A DNA stretch of 44,742 bases from Flavobacteriales bacterium (GCA_002722215.1 PBKX01000016.1:16927-61668), one strand, 5' to 3'. Shown: positions 20,027 through 30,437, counted from the stretch's first letter. The notes: a model not told the origin generated them from the sequence alone. Translations and numbers: made by a program.

Positions 20027-21454
20027 TTATCCTTTTTTATAATTATCTCCCGATGATTTCAATATCGTTTTTAATTCTGCCTGAGCAATTACAGGGAACG
20101 TCCTTGAGTATAATAAAAATAATACCATAAAAAAGCCCATTGTACCTATAAAAATACCTATATCAACAAATGTGGGAGAAAACATCGACCAACTTGATGG
20201 TAAAAAATCACGATGTAATGATGTAACTATAATTACAAAACGTTCAAACCACATCCCAATATTAACAAATATTGATAATATAAAGGTAAACACAATACTT
20301 GTTCTTAATTTTTTAAACCACATTAGTTGAGGGGATACTACGTTACAAGTCATCATCGCCCAATATGCCCACCAATAAGGTCCTGTTGCCCTATTTAAAA
20401 ATGCATATTGCTCATATTCAACCCCCGAATACCAGGCAATAAATAATTCCGTAATATATGCTATCCCAACTATTGAGCCCGTAACCATAATGATAATATT
20501 CATCATTTCAATATGCTGCATAGTAATATAGGATTCCATGTTGACCACTTTTCTCATAACCAATAATAAAGTTTGAACCATAGCAAATCCCGAAAAGATA
20601 GCGCCAGCAACAAAATAGGGTGGAAAAATAGTAGTATGCCATCCCGGTATAACTGAAGTGGCAAAATCCATACTAACAATTGAATGTACAGATAATACTA
20701 ATGGAGTTGCTAGGCCCGCTAAAACAAGAGACATTACCTCATGTCGTTGCCAATGTTTTGCTCGGCCTGACCAACCAAAAGATAAAATACTATATATATT
20801 ATAACTAGATGTTTGTTCTTTAAAGAAATTAGATATTTTTTCTTTGAAGTTTTTTGCCTTTTTAAATACTGGTTTTACTGCTCTATCTCGAATCATAGCA
20901 AAATCAGGTATTAAACCCATATACCAAAATACTAGAGAAACAGTAAAATATGTGGAAATAGCAAACACATCCCATAAAAGAGGAGAGTTGAAATTTACCC
21001 ATAAAGAACCAAATTGGTTAGGCAAAGGAAAAACAAAATATGCAACCCAAATTCGACCCATATGAATACCTGGGAAAATAGCTGCCTGTATAACAGCAAA
21101 AATTGTCATTGCTTCAGAAGAACGATTAATAGATAATCTCCATTTTTGTCTAAATAATAACAATACAGCGGAAATTAAAGTCCCCGCATGACCAATACCA
21201 ACCCACCAAACAAAATTAGTAATATCCCAAGCCCAACCAACCGTATTATTTAAACCCCAAACACCTATTCCCGTGCCTATAGTATAAAAAATACAACCAA
21301 ATCCCCACAGCATAGTGATGACTGATAATATAAATAATGACCACCACCATTTATTTGCACTAGTTTCTATTGGTTTGGCAATATCTTCACTAATATCATG
21401 AAGAGATTTATTCCCAATAATTAACGGTTCCCTAATTGATGCTTCATGCTTCAT
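20027..21454 (-). CDS. actC: ACIII quinol-oxidising membrane subunit ActC (NrfD/PsrC family)
   Basis: WDITNFVWWVGIGHAGTLISA, HMGR.W, SPLLWDVFAISTY, PGWHTTIFPPYFVAGAIFSG, GMWFERFVI. Confidence 0.95.
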   Translation of the reverse strand: MKHEASIREPLIIGNKSLHDISEDIAKPIETSANKWWWSLFILSVITMLWGFGCIFYTIGTGIGVWGLNNTVGWAWDITNFVWWVGIGHAGTLISAVLLLFRQKWRLSINRSSEAMTIFAVIQAAIFPGIHMGRIWVAYFVFPLPNQFGSLWVNFNSPLLWDVFAISTYFTVSLVFWYMGLIPDFAMIRDRAVKPVFKKAKNFKEKISNFFKEQTSSYNIYSILSFGWSGRAKHWQRHEVMSLVLAGLATPLVLSVHSIVSMDFATSVIPGWHTTIFPPYFVAGAIFSGFAMVQTLLLVMRKVVNMESYITMQHIEMMNIIIMVTGSIVGIAYITELFIAWYSGVEYEQYAFLNRATGPYWWAYWAMMTCNVVSPQLMWFKKLRTSIVFTFILSIFVNIGMWFERFVIIVTSLHRDFLPSSWSMFSPTFVDIGIFIGTMGFFMVLFLLYSRTFPVIAQAELKTILKSSGDNYKKG

Positions 21455-21458
21455 TAAT

Positions 21459-24400
21459 TTATACTTTTTTATTTCTTACTTTAGTTTTATAAAAAACCGA
21501 AGGTTGTGTATTTAATTCTTCTATTAGATAATATGATCTCGGATTTTTTTTCTCTTGACTAACTCGACTATCCTTGTCTAATACATCCCCAAACGTAATA
21601 GCCCCAGTGTCACAAGCTTTCTCACAAGCACACGCAATTTCTCCGTCTTTGATTTTGCGTCTTTCTTTCTTGGCATCCAATTTGGACTTCTGAATATTTT
21701 GTATACACATAGTACATTTTTCCATCACACCTCTTCCTCTAACCGTAACATCTGGATTCAAAACCATTTTTCCTAAATCATCGTTCATATTATAATCAAA
21801 CTGTTCATTCCCTGCATAATTGAACCAATTAAATCTTCGCACTTTATATGGGCAATTATTCATACAATATCTTGTCCCTATACATCTATTATAAGTCATA
21901 TGATTCAATCCTTCTCTAGAGTGTGTAGTAGCAGCAACAGGGCAAACCGTTTCACAAGGAGCATGATTACAATGCTGACACATGACCGGCTGAAACACAA
22001 CCTCTAAATTTTCAGACGATGCTGGTTCCTCCATTTTTTTATACATCTCAATAGCACCCACGCCCTCTTCTTTTGCTCTCTCCTTAGTCATATCACTCGA
22101 ATAATACCTGTCTATTCTCAGCCAATGCATATCTCGATTTTTTCTAACCTCTTCCTTACCAACAACAGGGACATTATTTTCTGCATGACATGCAACTACA
22201 CAAGCTCCGCAACCAGTACATGAATTTAGATCTATGGACATATTCCAAAAATGAACATCTTTCTCATGTTCATCCCATAGTGTTAATTCACTTGGCTTTA
22301 CATTACCTTTGTGAGAATGTAATAAGAATTGCTTATTACCTGATTTTGGATCCTTGAGATAATCAGAAAAATTTGTTTCTTTGACAATATTTCGTCCCAT
22401 CATCGTATGACTGTTTTGAGTACAGGCGAATTCATGTACACCTGATATTTTTTCAATCGAGACTTTAGCTATCTGGTTTCTGTTAAATTTTTCATATAAA
22501 CTGAATGCATTTACACCCACATTACTCCCCGATTTACCAGCATTTTCTCTGCCATATCCAAATGCCAACCCTAGCACACCATGTGTTTGGCCTGGTTGTA
22601 CATATATCGGACATTTTAAATGTTTGTCCCCAACTGATAATTTGACCATATCCCCATCTAATGCACCATTAGACACATGCCAATTTTTAAGACCTAATTC
22701 CTGTGCATGAGAAGGTGAAATAGTTAAGTAATTATCCCAAGTTACTTTTGAAATAGGGTCTGGCAATTCTTGTAACCAAGGATTATTAGCATGAATTCCT
22801 GTCCCAATAGATGATTTTAAATATAATTGGATTTCTATTTGTGATTTTGTAGCCTGAGATCTTGTTGACATCACTTCTGAAAAATTATAATCCTCAGGAG
22901 CATTCTTCTTGTCTGAAATTTTATTTAAAAAACCATCATGTAAAACCTGATTCCAGTTATTGGATATATTTTTTTTGAAAAAAGTTTTTAAATAATCATA
23001 GTATTTTACTGTATTCCCCATCCAAGTCAACAAACTATCTTGTACTTGTCTAGAGTTAAACAATGGAGATATTGTGGGCTGCTGCAATGCATAAAATCCT
23101 GTATATGGATTCAGGTCCCCCCAACTTTCAAGGTAGTTTGTATCTGGACAAACATAATCACAAAACATAGAAGTTTCATCCAGAGATTCTGAAAAAGATA
23201 TTTTAGTTTTAACTTTTTCCAATGCATTCTTAAATCGGTCTGAATCTGAAAGAGTATATATTGGATTGGTATTTAAAAACATAAGAACACCAATCTTATT
23301 ATCATTCATATCAGTAATTAAACTATCTATATCTTCATTTTTAGAAGAGTATAACTTCGATTTAATTGTGGTCGATAAAGTTTTTTCGTAATTACCTAAT
23401 AACATATTCATTGCGTTAATTACAACTTGAACATCTGTATTATCACTACCCGAGACAATTAACGACTTACCTTTATTTGACCATAGTTCTTTTGCTATTT
23501 GATTAATTAGGTTGTCGTGCTTTGTTTTAGTAGATTTTATAGACTGGTTATTTGTAAGAGCCAATAAAGCATCATATAATCGAAGAACATATGCTTGTTG
23601 ACTGCTTGGTTTTATAGGGACTCGTTTATCTGCATTAGCTCCGGTCACAGAAAGTAAACTTTCAAATTGATAATGTCGTGACATTTTGCCATTCTCCGGC
23701 TTTCTATTGGCGGTATATTGTTTAGCGTGTGCAGGGTCAAGCCATTCAGACAAAAAGTCTGCGTCAAAAGAAACTATTACTTCTGCTTTTTGAAAATCAT
23801 ATGTTGGAAGAAATCTAGAGCCAAAAGATTTTTGGTTAGCAGACAACATGGCGTCTTTTGAAATTGTATCATAAACAATAGTCTCGAAATTAGAATAAGT
23901 CTTTTTAAACAATTCCAATAAAGATCTTGTAGATGGACTAATAATAGTAGACGTTAATAAAACTATTTTCTTAGACGTATTCTTCAGTTGATTAATAATT
24001 TCAGCGTCTATATGCTTCCAAGAATATTCCGATGAATCTCTCATTGGATTCTTTAACCTATTTGAATCATATAATGATAATACTGATGCCTGACATCTAG
24101 CATTAACCCCCCCTCCAAATTTAGGATTATGACTCGAATTTAAGAGTATTGGCCGACCTTCTCGTGTCTTGACTAACAGACTACCAAATACATTTTCAGA
24201 GAAATAACTGCTTGCGTAATATACAGGATTCCCTGGTGTAATTTCTTCTGGTTTATTTAAATATGGAATAGATTTGACAACAGGTGCTTCACAAGATGCT
24301 AAAGTAGCTGCAACCGAACTAAAACCTAAGAATTTTAAAAAATCTCTTCTAGTTGTTGAAGATGCCGACAAGGTATCTGCATTCTCCATCATTGCTTCTA

Positions 24401-24488
24401 CTGATAATTTTTCATCAAATTCATTAGCACCATTGACGTGATCTGTATCATGGTTTAAACTATTAAAATATTTTTTCTCTTCTTTCAT
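21459..24488 (-). CDS. actB: ACIII subunit ActB (molybdopterin-oxidoreductase-like plus Fe-S domain), Tat lipoprotein
   Basis: Probable start ATG 24488 (MKEEKKYF); TRRDFLK twin-Arg motif plus LAS-C lipobox; NNPWLQELPDP; Fe-S motifs CTGCGACVVAC, CQHCNHAPCETVCP, CIGTRYCMNNCP, CTMC. Confidence 0.95.
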   Translation of the reverse strand: MKEEKKYFNSLNHDTDHVNGANEFDEKLSVEAMMENADTLSASSTTRRDFLKFLGFSSVAATLASCEAPVVKSIPYLNKPEEITPGNPVYYASSYFSENVFGSLLVKTREGRPILLNSSHNPKFGGGVNARCQASVLSLYDSNRLKNPMRDSSEYSWKHIDAEIINQLKNTSKKIVLLTSTIISPSTRSLLELFKKTYSNFETIVYDTISKDAMLSANQKSFGSRFLPTYDFQKAEVIVSFDADFLSEWLDPAHAKQYTANRKPENGKMSRHYQFESLLSVTGANADKRVPIKPSSQQAYVLRLYDALLALTNNQSIKSTKTKHDNLINQIAKELWSNKGKSLIVSGSDNTDVQVVINAMNMLLGNYEKTLSTTIKSKLYSSKNEDIDSLITDMNDNKIGVLMFLNTNPIYTLSDSDRFKNALEKVKTKISFSESLDETSMFCDYVCPDTNYLESWGDLNPYTGFYALQQPTISPLFNSRQVQDSLLTWMGNTVKYYDYLKTFFKKNISNNWNQVLHDGFLNKISDKKNAPEDYNFSEVMSTRSQATKSQIEIQLYLKSSIGTGIHANNPWLQELPDPISKVTWDNYLTISPSHAQELGLKNWHVSNGALDGDMVKLSVGDKHLKCPIYVQPGQTHGVLGLAFGYGRENAGKSGSNVGVNAFSLYEKFNRNQIAKVSIEKISGVHEFACTQNSHTMMGRNIVKETNFSDYLKDPKSGNKQFLLHSHKGNVKPSELTLWDEHEKDVHFWNMSIDLNSCTGCGACVVACHAENNVPVVGKEEVRKNRDMHWLRIDRYYSSDMTKERAKEEGVGAIEMYKKMEEPASSENLEVVFQPVMCQHCNHAPCETVCPVAATTHSREGLNHMTYNRCIGTRYCMNNCPYKVRRFNWFNYAGNEQFDYNMNDDLGKMVLNPDVTVRGRGVMEKCTMCIQNIQKSKLDAKKERRKIKDGEIACACEKACDTGAITFGDVLDKDSRVSQEKKNPRSYYLIEELNTQPSVFYKTKVRNKKV

Positions 24489-24495
24489 AAATTTT

Positions 24496-25710
24496 TTAAT
24501 AATGACATTTTGCACACTCCATACCTCCAATCATATCAACAGTAACCTCTTCTCCATGATATTTATCAATCCAATTTTTATGTAAATCATGGTAATATGG
24601 GTTTTCAGTATCAATCTCTGTCTCTCGATGACAATTTATACACCAACCCATCGTTAATTTCGAGTATTGATATACCTCTTCCATTTCTTCAATAGGGCCA
24701 TGACAAGTTTGACATTCTACTCCTGCTACATTTACATGCTGAGAATGATCAAAATACGCTAAATCTGGTAAATTATGTATTCTTACCCATTCAATCGGCT
24801 GTTCTTCATAATCAGGTATATACGTTCTCGTATTAGGATCAAAGCCAACCGCTGCATAAATCTTATTAATCTCATCCTTTCCCGTAATAGTTCCTTCGTT
24901 AATATAAGTGTGGCAATTCATGCACACATTTGCAGAAGGTATACCTGCATGTTTACTAGATCGAGCAGTGTGGTGACAATAATTACAATCTATACCATTA
25001 TCCCCTGCATGAATCTTATGAGAAAATGCAATCGGCTGTTCCGGTTGATAATTTTGAGCAACACCTACAGTAGACAAAGTATTCCAACAGCCTTTCATAC
25101 CAGAAAACACAATTAAAATTGCCCCAAAAACAATGACGGAGGGATTGAGTTGCACCCAAGCCAAACTACTTTGAAGCAAACTTTCTTTTTGTATCCCCGC
25201 CGCTGTCTTTAATGTGTTTTTCACATATACCAACAAACTGATATTAAAAATGATAATAATAAGGATGATATACAAAAGAGTACTTGATTCATCTGAGCTA
25301 TTAACACCAACTGATTCCGAAGAATCTACAACAACTTCTGATGGGCCTTCTTTAATGTAAGCCAATATATTACTAATGTCTTCATCTGAAAAATGCGGAA
25401 AAGCAGTCATGACAGCCTTATTGTACTCCTCATATAGCTCATTAGCAACCTTATCTCCACTTTCAATAAGTTCAGCCGAGTTTCGAATCCATTTATACAG
25501 CCATTCTTCTGTATGCTCCTCGAATATTTCAGAATCTAAACCTGGACCAATTAATTTTTTTTCTTCAGGACCTAAATAATGACAAGAACTACAGTTTGTC
25601 TTAAATAAACTTTCCCCAACTATCGCATCCTGAGCAGAGCAAAAAATAGAAAAAGCTATACTCAAAAAGAATAAAAAGATAAACCTAAAAGATGATAAAG
25701 GGGTGCTCAT
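24496..25710 (-). CDS. actA: ACIII multiheme cytochrome c ActA (monoheme plus pentaheme domains)
   Basis: Six CxxCH motifs: CSSCH in the N-terminal domain, then CNYCH, CMNCH, CQTCH, CINCH, CAKCH; QPIAFSHKIHAG. Confidence 0.95.
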   Translation of the reverse strand: MSTPLSSFRFIFLFFLSIAFSIFCSAQDAIVGESLFKTNCSSCHYLGPEEKKLIGPGLDSEIFEEHTEEWLYKWIRNSAELIESGDKVANELYEEYNKAVMTAFPHFSDEDISNILAYIKEGPSEVVVDSSESVGVNSSDESSTLLYIILIIIIFNISLLVYVKNTLKTAAGIQKESLLQSSLAWVQLNPSVIVFGAILIVFSGMKGCWNTLSTVGVAQNYQPEQPIAFSHKIHAGDNGIDCNYCHHTARSSKHAGIPSANVCMNCHTYINEGTITGKDEINKIYAAVGFDPNTRTYIPDYEEQPIEWVRIHNLPDLAYFDHSQHVNVAGVECQTCHGPIEEMEEVYQYSKLTMGWCINCHRETEIDTENPYYHDLHKNWIDKYHGEEVTVDMIGGMECAKCHY

Positions 25711-25760
25711 CGATTCTATATTAAGAATAATTATAATTAATCTGCATTTTTTACTTGAGG

Positions 25761-25768
25761 CAAATATA
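25761..25768 (-). promoter_or_regulatory. -7 element TATATTTG for the act-cox operon
   Basis: TAnnTTTG(C) 50 bp upstream of the actA start. Confidence 0.65.
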
Positions 25769-25824
25769 TGATTTATTTAGTATGATGATAAAGATTTTTC
25801 TCATAATTAATTCACAAAATGTTA

Positions 25825-25843
25825 ATTTAGAATTAGTCAAAAT
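25825..25843. promoter_or_regulatory. Imperfect 19-bp palindrome ATTTAGAATTAGTCAAAAT, flavobacterial Fur-family-box-like
   Basis: 17/19 match to the palindrome ATTTAGAAT-N-ATTCTAAAT; upstream of a heme/Fe-S-rich operon. Confidence 0.55.
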
Positions 25844-25844
25844 A

Positions 25845-25900
25845 ACAAGCCCCGACTACAATTAATATACAAGCCCCGACTACAATTAATATACAAGCCC
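25845..25900. repeat. Perfect 24-bp tandem repeat, 2.3 copies (ACAAGCCCCGACTACAATTAATAT)
   Basis: Copies at 25845-25868 and 25869-25892, partial copy ACAAGCCC at 25893-25900. Confidence 0.95.
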
Positions 25901-25986
25901 TGATTATCAGAATGTTATAGGAATATTGACATATAATTGAATAATTTATTTTACATTTATTCCATGTTTTTTTTATGTAAATTATT

Positions 25987-26388
25987 ATGCGCACAATACA
26001 CACACTAACAATCTGTTATTTTTTAAGCTTTTTATTAACGGGTCAAGAAAATATACGCATCAAACACATCTCCCCAAAGATAAACGATATAATTAAACTA
26101 AATCAAGCAAAACAAGCAAACAAAAAAATAGAGGTCTACAGCATCCAATTAAAATCTAGTGAACTCCCGGAAACTATCAAAAAAATAAAAAACAAATACT
26201 CTAATTTATTCCCAGCAGAATTAATAAACGAAGTCTTTGAGCCACCATACTTTAAAATCATCACAGGCGCATACCTAGATTCAAAAATAGCTGAAAAAAA
26301 ATTACAAGAAATTCAAAAAAAATTCAAGTCTGCTTTCATTTTAAAAAGAGAGCTTACTATCGATGAATTTAAACGACATTTAGAATAA
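25987..26388 (+). CDS. SPOR-domain-like exported protein
   Basis: Signal peptide ..LTG-Q; YSIQL...FEPPYFKIITGAY....AEKKLQEIQKKFKSAFIL; located between infB and actA as is usual in flavobacteria. Confidence 0.72.
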   Translation: MRTIHTLTICYFLSFLLTGQENIRIKHISPKINDIIKLNQAKQANKKIEVYSIQLKSSELPETIKKIKNKYSNLFPAELINEVFEPPYFKIITGAYLDSKIAEKKLQEIQKKFKSAFILKRELTIDEFKRHLE

Positions 26389-26420
26389 ATGGCACCCTAA
26401 CAAATATATTTAGCTGAACG

Positions 26421-29072
26421 TTATTCCTTATTTTGCTCCTCAAAAACCTCAACCATATCACCCACTTTAATGTCATTAAAGTTATGAATCGTTAAGCCAC
26501 ACTCATATCCCTTTTGAACATCCTTAACATCTTCTTTGAATCGCTTTAAGGAATCTAAAACGCCAGAATAAATAACAATCCCATCTCTAATTAACCTTAC
26601 TTTAGCATTACGAACTACCGTTCCATCTAACACATAACAACCCGCGACTATACCAGCTTTGGTTAATTTAAATACATTTCGAATCTCTACATTGCCTAAT
26701 ATTTTTTCTACCAACTCTGGCTCATGCATACCCTCTATAGCATCTTTAATAGAATTAATTGTGTCGTAAATAATAGAGTATAATCTAATGTCTATTTTTT
26801 CTTTCTCAGCTAATTTTCGAGCAGTTAGAGAAGGTCTAACTTGGAAACCAATAATTATAGCATCTGATGCGGATGCTAACAAGACATCTGACTCTGTAAT
26901 TTGCCCTACTCCCTTATGCAAAACATTAATTTGAATTTTTTCTGTTGATAACTTTAATAAAGAATCTGATAAGGCTTCAATAGAACCATCAACATCTCCC
27001 TTTAAAATAATATTCAATTCCTTAAAATCTCCTATTGCCAATCTTCTTCCTATTTCATCTAGAGTAATGTGTTTTTGTGTCCTAACACTTTGCTCTCTCT
27101 GTAACTGATCCCTTTTTGCCGCAATTCCTTTTGCCTCCTTTTCATCTTTTCTAACATAGAAAATATCTCCTGCTTGCGGAGCGCCATTTAATCCTAATAG
27201 AATCGCAGGTGTAGATGGAGGGACATTATTCACCTTATGATCTCGTTCATTAAAAAGAGCTTTTACTTTGCCCGTAAATCTACCTGCCAACATAAAATCC
27301 CCAACTTTTAGCGTTCCCTCTTGCACCAAAACCGTGGTAACATACCCCTTCCCTTTATCTAAAGATGCTTCAAGCACTGTTCCTTTGGCAGACTTGTCAG
27401 GGTCAGCAGACAAATCAAGTAAATCTGACTCTAATAAAACTTTTTCCAATAATTGATCTATACCCTCGCCTGTTTTAGCAGACACATCTTGGCTCTGATA
27501 CTTACCGCCCCAGTCTTCTACAAGAAAGTTCATCGCTGACAATTGTTCTTTAATTTTATCTGGGTTAGCACCTGGCTTATCAATTTTATTAAACGCAAAA
27601 ATAATAGGAACATTTGCGGCTTGCGCATGGGCAATGGCTTCCTTTGTTTGAGGCATAACATCATCGTCAACAGCAATTACAATAATTACAGCATCTGTTA
27701 CTTGCGCACCTCTAGCCCGCATCGCAGTAAAAGCCTCATGCCCGGGTGTGTCAATAAAAGTTATTTTTCTCTTATTCGATAATGTTACCTCATAGGCGGC
27801 AATATGCTGAGTAATACCACCAGCCTCACCCGCAATAACATTTGATTCTCTAATATAATCTAATAAAGATGTTTTTCCATGATCTACATGTCCCATCACA
27901 GTAATAATTGGAGATCTTGGCTGCAACTCTCCAACAACATCCTCTTCGTCAATAAATTCTTCCAATTCTGAACTAACAAACTCCACTTTATATCCAAACT
28001 CTTCTGCCACTATAGTTAACGTCTCAGCATCTAGCCTTTGATTCATGGTCACCATAATGCCTAGTTGCATGCAACTAGATATAACTTCATTAACACTAAC
28101 ACTCATCATATTAGCAAATTCACTAACTGTAACAAATTCTGTGACTTTAATTATCGATGATTCTTCGTCTTTTTTTATTTGATCCTCTATAGCTTTCTCT
28201 TTCCTTTCTTCTCGCTTCAATCTTCTTATTTTAGCACTTTTTGATTTTCCTTTTGCGGTTAACTGCTCTAATGTTTCCGCGATTTTTTGCTGTACCTCCT
28301 GTTCATCAGGAGCATTTTTTTGTTGTTTGCTTTTTTTAAATTGATTTTTTTCTCCAGAAATTCGTTTTCTTTTTTTCTTTTTTGAGTCTATATTTGAGGA
28401 AGAGGCAACTTTTTTCGCAGGTTTTTTTTCAGGCAACTTAATAGTGCCAAGTTTTGTTAATTTAATTTTGACATCTTTGTCCGAAACACTGTCAGCAACA
28501 ATAACCTCGGGATCTGAAACAACATTAGATGCTGAGGCCACCAACTCATTTGCATCACTAGGATCATCTGTAACAACAGGATCATCTGTAACAACAGAAT
28601 CATCTGCAATAACGGTCTCGTCTTCAACAACAGGATCATCTGTAACAACAGAATCATCTGTAACAACAGAATCATCTGCAACAACAGAATCATCTGCAAC
28701 AACAGAATCATCTGCAACAACAGAATCATCTAAAGCAACTTCCTCATTTGTGACAACAGAATCATCTGCAACAATAGAGTCATCTACAACAGATTCGGAA
28801 TCGGCAACAATTACCGATTCCGAAATAGCTTCTGATTCTAAAGATTGAATCATTGATTCCCTCTTTTGTCTTTTTGCCTCCAAAACCTCATCCGATTTTT
28901 GCTTTTGACTAACATCGGATTGAAATTCATTAATCAACAAACTGTGTTGCGCATCATTGATACGAGCATTCGGAGTAACAGCACCCTCAATAGGAGCCCC
29001 TACTTCTTCTAGAAATTCTGAAACTCTTTGCCAGGTAATATTTAATTCGGATGCTACTTTACTTAATCTCAT
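26421..29072 (-). CDS. infB: Translation initiation factor IF-2
   Basis: [70 protein letters not shown]. Confidence 0.99.
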   Translation of the reverse strand: MRLSKVASELNITWQRVSEFLEEVGAPIEGAVTPNARINDAQHSLLINEFQSDVSQKQKSDEVLEAKRQKRESMIQSLESEAISESVIVADSESVVDDSIVADDSVVTNEEVALDDSVVADDSVVADDSVVADDSVVTDDSVVTDDPVVEDETVIADDSVVTDDPVVTDDPSDANELVASASNVVSDPEVIVADSVSDKDVKIKLTKLGTIKLPEKKPAKKVASSSNIDSKKKKRKRISGEKNQFKKSKQQKNAPDEQEVQQKIAETLEQLTAKGKSKSAKIRRLKREERKEKAIEDQIKKDEESSIIKVTEFVTVSEFANMMSVSVNEVISSCMQLGIMVTMNQRLDAETLTIVAEEFGYKVEFVSSELEEFIDEEDVVGELQPRSPIITVMGHVDHGKTSLLDYIRESNVIAGEAGGITQHIAAYEVTLSNKRKITFIDTPGHEAFTAMRARGAQVTDAVIIVIAVDDDVMPQTKEAIAHAQAANVPIIFAFNKIDKPGANPDKIKEQLSAMNFLVEDWGGKYQSQDVSAKTGEGIDQLLEKVLLESDLLDLSADPDKSAKGTVLEASLDKGKGYVTTVLVQEGTLKVGDFMLAGRFTGKVKALFNERDHKVNNVPPSTPAILLGLNGAPQAGDIFYVRKDEKEAKGIAAKRDQLQREQSVRTQKHITLDEIGRRLAIGDFKELNIILKGDVDGSIEALSDSLLKLSTEKIQINVLHKGVGQITESDVLLASASDAIIIGFQVRPSLTARKLAEKEKIDIRLYSIIYDTINSIKDAIEGMHEPELVEKILGNVEIRNVFKLTKAGIVAGCYVLDGTVVRNAKVRLIRDGIVIYSGVLDSLKRFKEDVKDVQKGYECGLTIHNFNDIKVGDMVEVFEEQNKE
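28551..28784 (-). repeat. 18-bp coding minisatellite, 13 in-register units (consensus GATGATTCTGTTGTT(G/A)CA = DDSVV(A/T))
   Basis: [78 protein letters not shown]. Confidence 0.95.
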
Positions 29073-29081
29073 AAATTATAA

Positions 29082-30314
29082 TTATTCAAATTCTAATCTT
29101 AGAATATTCTGAACCTCCGTAATAGTTTCTTCTTCAAGATCAGTTCTCTTACTTAATTCCTCTACCCCCAGCTCTAAGACTGATTTTGCGGTATCACAAC
29201 CAATCGACTTAAAGACATCTATAATCCAATCATCTATTTCATCGGAAAATTCTGATAATGCAACATCTTCATCTTCATCAATATCGCGATAAACATCAAT
29301 CTCATATCCTGTTAATTGACCAGCCAACCTAATATTATAGCCACCCTTTCCTATCGCTAATGAAACTTGATCTAATTTTAAATAAACATCTGCCTTTTTA
29401 TTTTCATCATCTATTTGAATAGAAGTTATTTTAGCAGGGCTCAATGCTCTTGTAATAAATAATTTTAAATTCTCCGTATAGTTTATAACGTCTATATTCT
29501 CATTTCCTAATTCTCTGACTATACTATGTATCCTAGATCCCTTCATTCCAACACAAGCTCCAACTGGATCAATACGCTCATCATAAGACTCCACAGAAAC
29601 TTTAGCTTTTTCACCCGGAATTCTTTTGACATTTCGAATAACTATTAAACCATCTGCTATTTCCGGTATTTCTAATTCAAACAATCTCTCTAAAAACGCA
29701 GGAGATGTTCTTGAAATAACAATCCGCGGCTTTCCTTTATTAAATAGAACATCCTTAATTACTGCACGAACAGTATCTCCTTTTCTGAAAAAATCAGATG
29801 GAACTTGCTCATCTCTAGGCAAAATGAGTTCATTGTCATTTTCATCCATCAAAATAATTTCTCTATGCCTAATGTGGTGAACATCTCCCGATATAATTTC
29901 ATTTATTCTATCTTTATAAGACTTGTGAATTATTTCATAATCATGTTCTAACACTTTAGAAATTAAATTTTGTTTTAGTGTTTGTATTGCTCTTCTTCCA
30001 AAATCTTGAATTTTTTTCTCAATAGCACAAACCTCTCCTATCTCAAAGTCCGATTCAACTTGCAATGCATCAGAAAGAGAAATCTCAGTATGATCATCTT
30101 CCACTTTACCGTCCTGTACAATTAATTTATTATGAAAAATCTGAATATCTCCTTTATTTGCATTAACTACAATGTCAAAATTTTCATCAGAACCATATTG
30201 TTTGATTAATAACGACCTAAAAGCCTGCTCTAACAAGCCCATTAAAGTTATTCTATCAATATTCTTATCATCTTTAAATTCTAAAAAAGATTCAATAATC
30301 GCAGCTGTATCCAT
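29082..30314 (-). CDS. nusA: Transcription termination/antitermination factor NusA
   Basis: FGRRAIQ, ISRTSP.FL.RLFELEIPEI.DG, RIPGEKAK, IDPVGACVGMKGSRI, SLAIGKGGYNIRLA. Confidence 0.98.
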   Translation of the reverse strand: MDTAAIIESFLEFKDDKNIDRITLMGLLEQAFRSLLIKQYGSDENFDIVVNANKGDIQIFHNKLIVQDGKVEDDHTEISLSDALQVESDFEIGEVCAIEKKIQDFGRRAIQTLKQNLISKVLEHDYEIIHKSYKDRINEIISGDVHHIRHREIILMDENDNELILPRDEQVPSDFFRKGDTVRAVIKDVLFNKGKPRIVISRTSPAFLERLFELEIPEIADGLIVIRNVKRIPGEKAKVSVESYDERIDPVGACVGMKGSRIHSIVRELGNENIDVINYTENLKLFITRALSPAKITSIQIDDENKKADVYLKLDQVSLAIGKGGYNIRLAGQLTGYEIDVYRDIDEDEDVALSEFSDEIDDWIIDVFKSIGCDTAKSVLELGVEELSKRTDLEEETITEVQNILRLEFE

Positions 30315-30339
30315 ATTAAGTAAATTTTAGATAAAAAAT

Positions 30340-30356
30340 AAAGGCCCTAGGGCCCT
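30340..30356 (-). promoter_or_regulatory. GC-rich hairpin followed by a U-rich tract in the nusA leader (attenuator-like)
   Basis: Minus strand reads AGGGCCCTAGGGCCTTTATTTTTT; perfect palindrome GGCCCTAGGGCC at 30343-30354. Confidence 0.5.
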
Positions 30357-30387
30357 CAATAATATATTTATAATTCAAAAGTCATGG

Positions 30388-30395
30388 CAAATTTA
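30388..30395 (-). promoter_or_regulatory. -7 element TAAATTTG for nusA-infB
   Basis: TAnnTTTG(C) 73 bp upstream of the nusA ATG. Confidence 0.6.
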
Positions 30396-30437
30396 ATTAA
30401 AATTCCGAAAAGAACCCAACTGTTTGAAAAAAAACTG

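Noticed and set aside
24489-24530. ORF-track N-terminal extension of actB (similar cases: rpsB 38492, pyrH 36788, tlpA 9754, barrel 12747, lipoprotein 8191)
   Set aside because: These extensions overlap upstream genes, terminators or promoters; downstream ATGs give family-typical N-termini.
25845-25900. 24-bp repeats as a mini-CRISPR array
   Set aside because: Copies are head-to-tail with no spacers, and there are no cas genes in the window.
28444-28848. Alternative-frame ORFs with TTESSA or MILLLQ repeats
   Set aside because: By-products of the 18-bp minisatellite inside infB; no independent expression signals.
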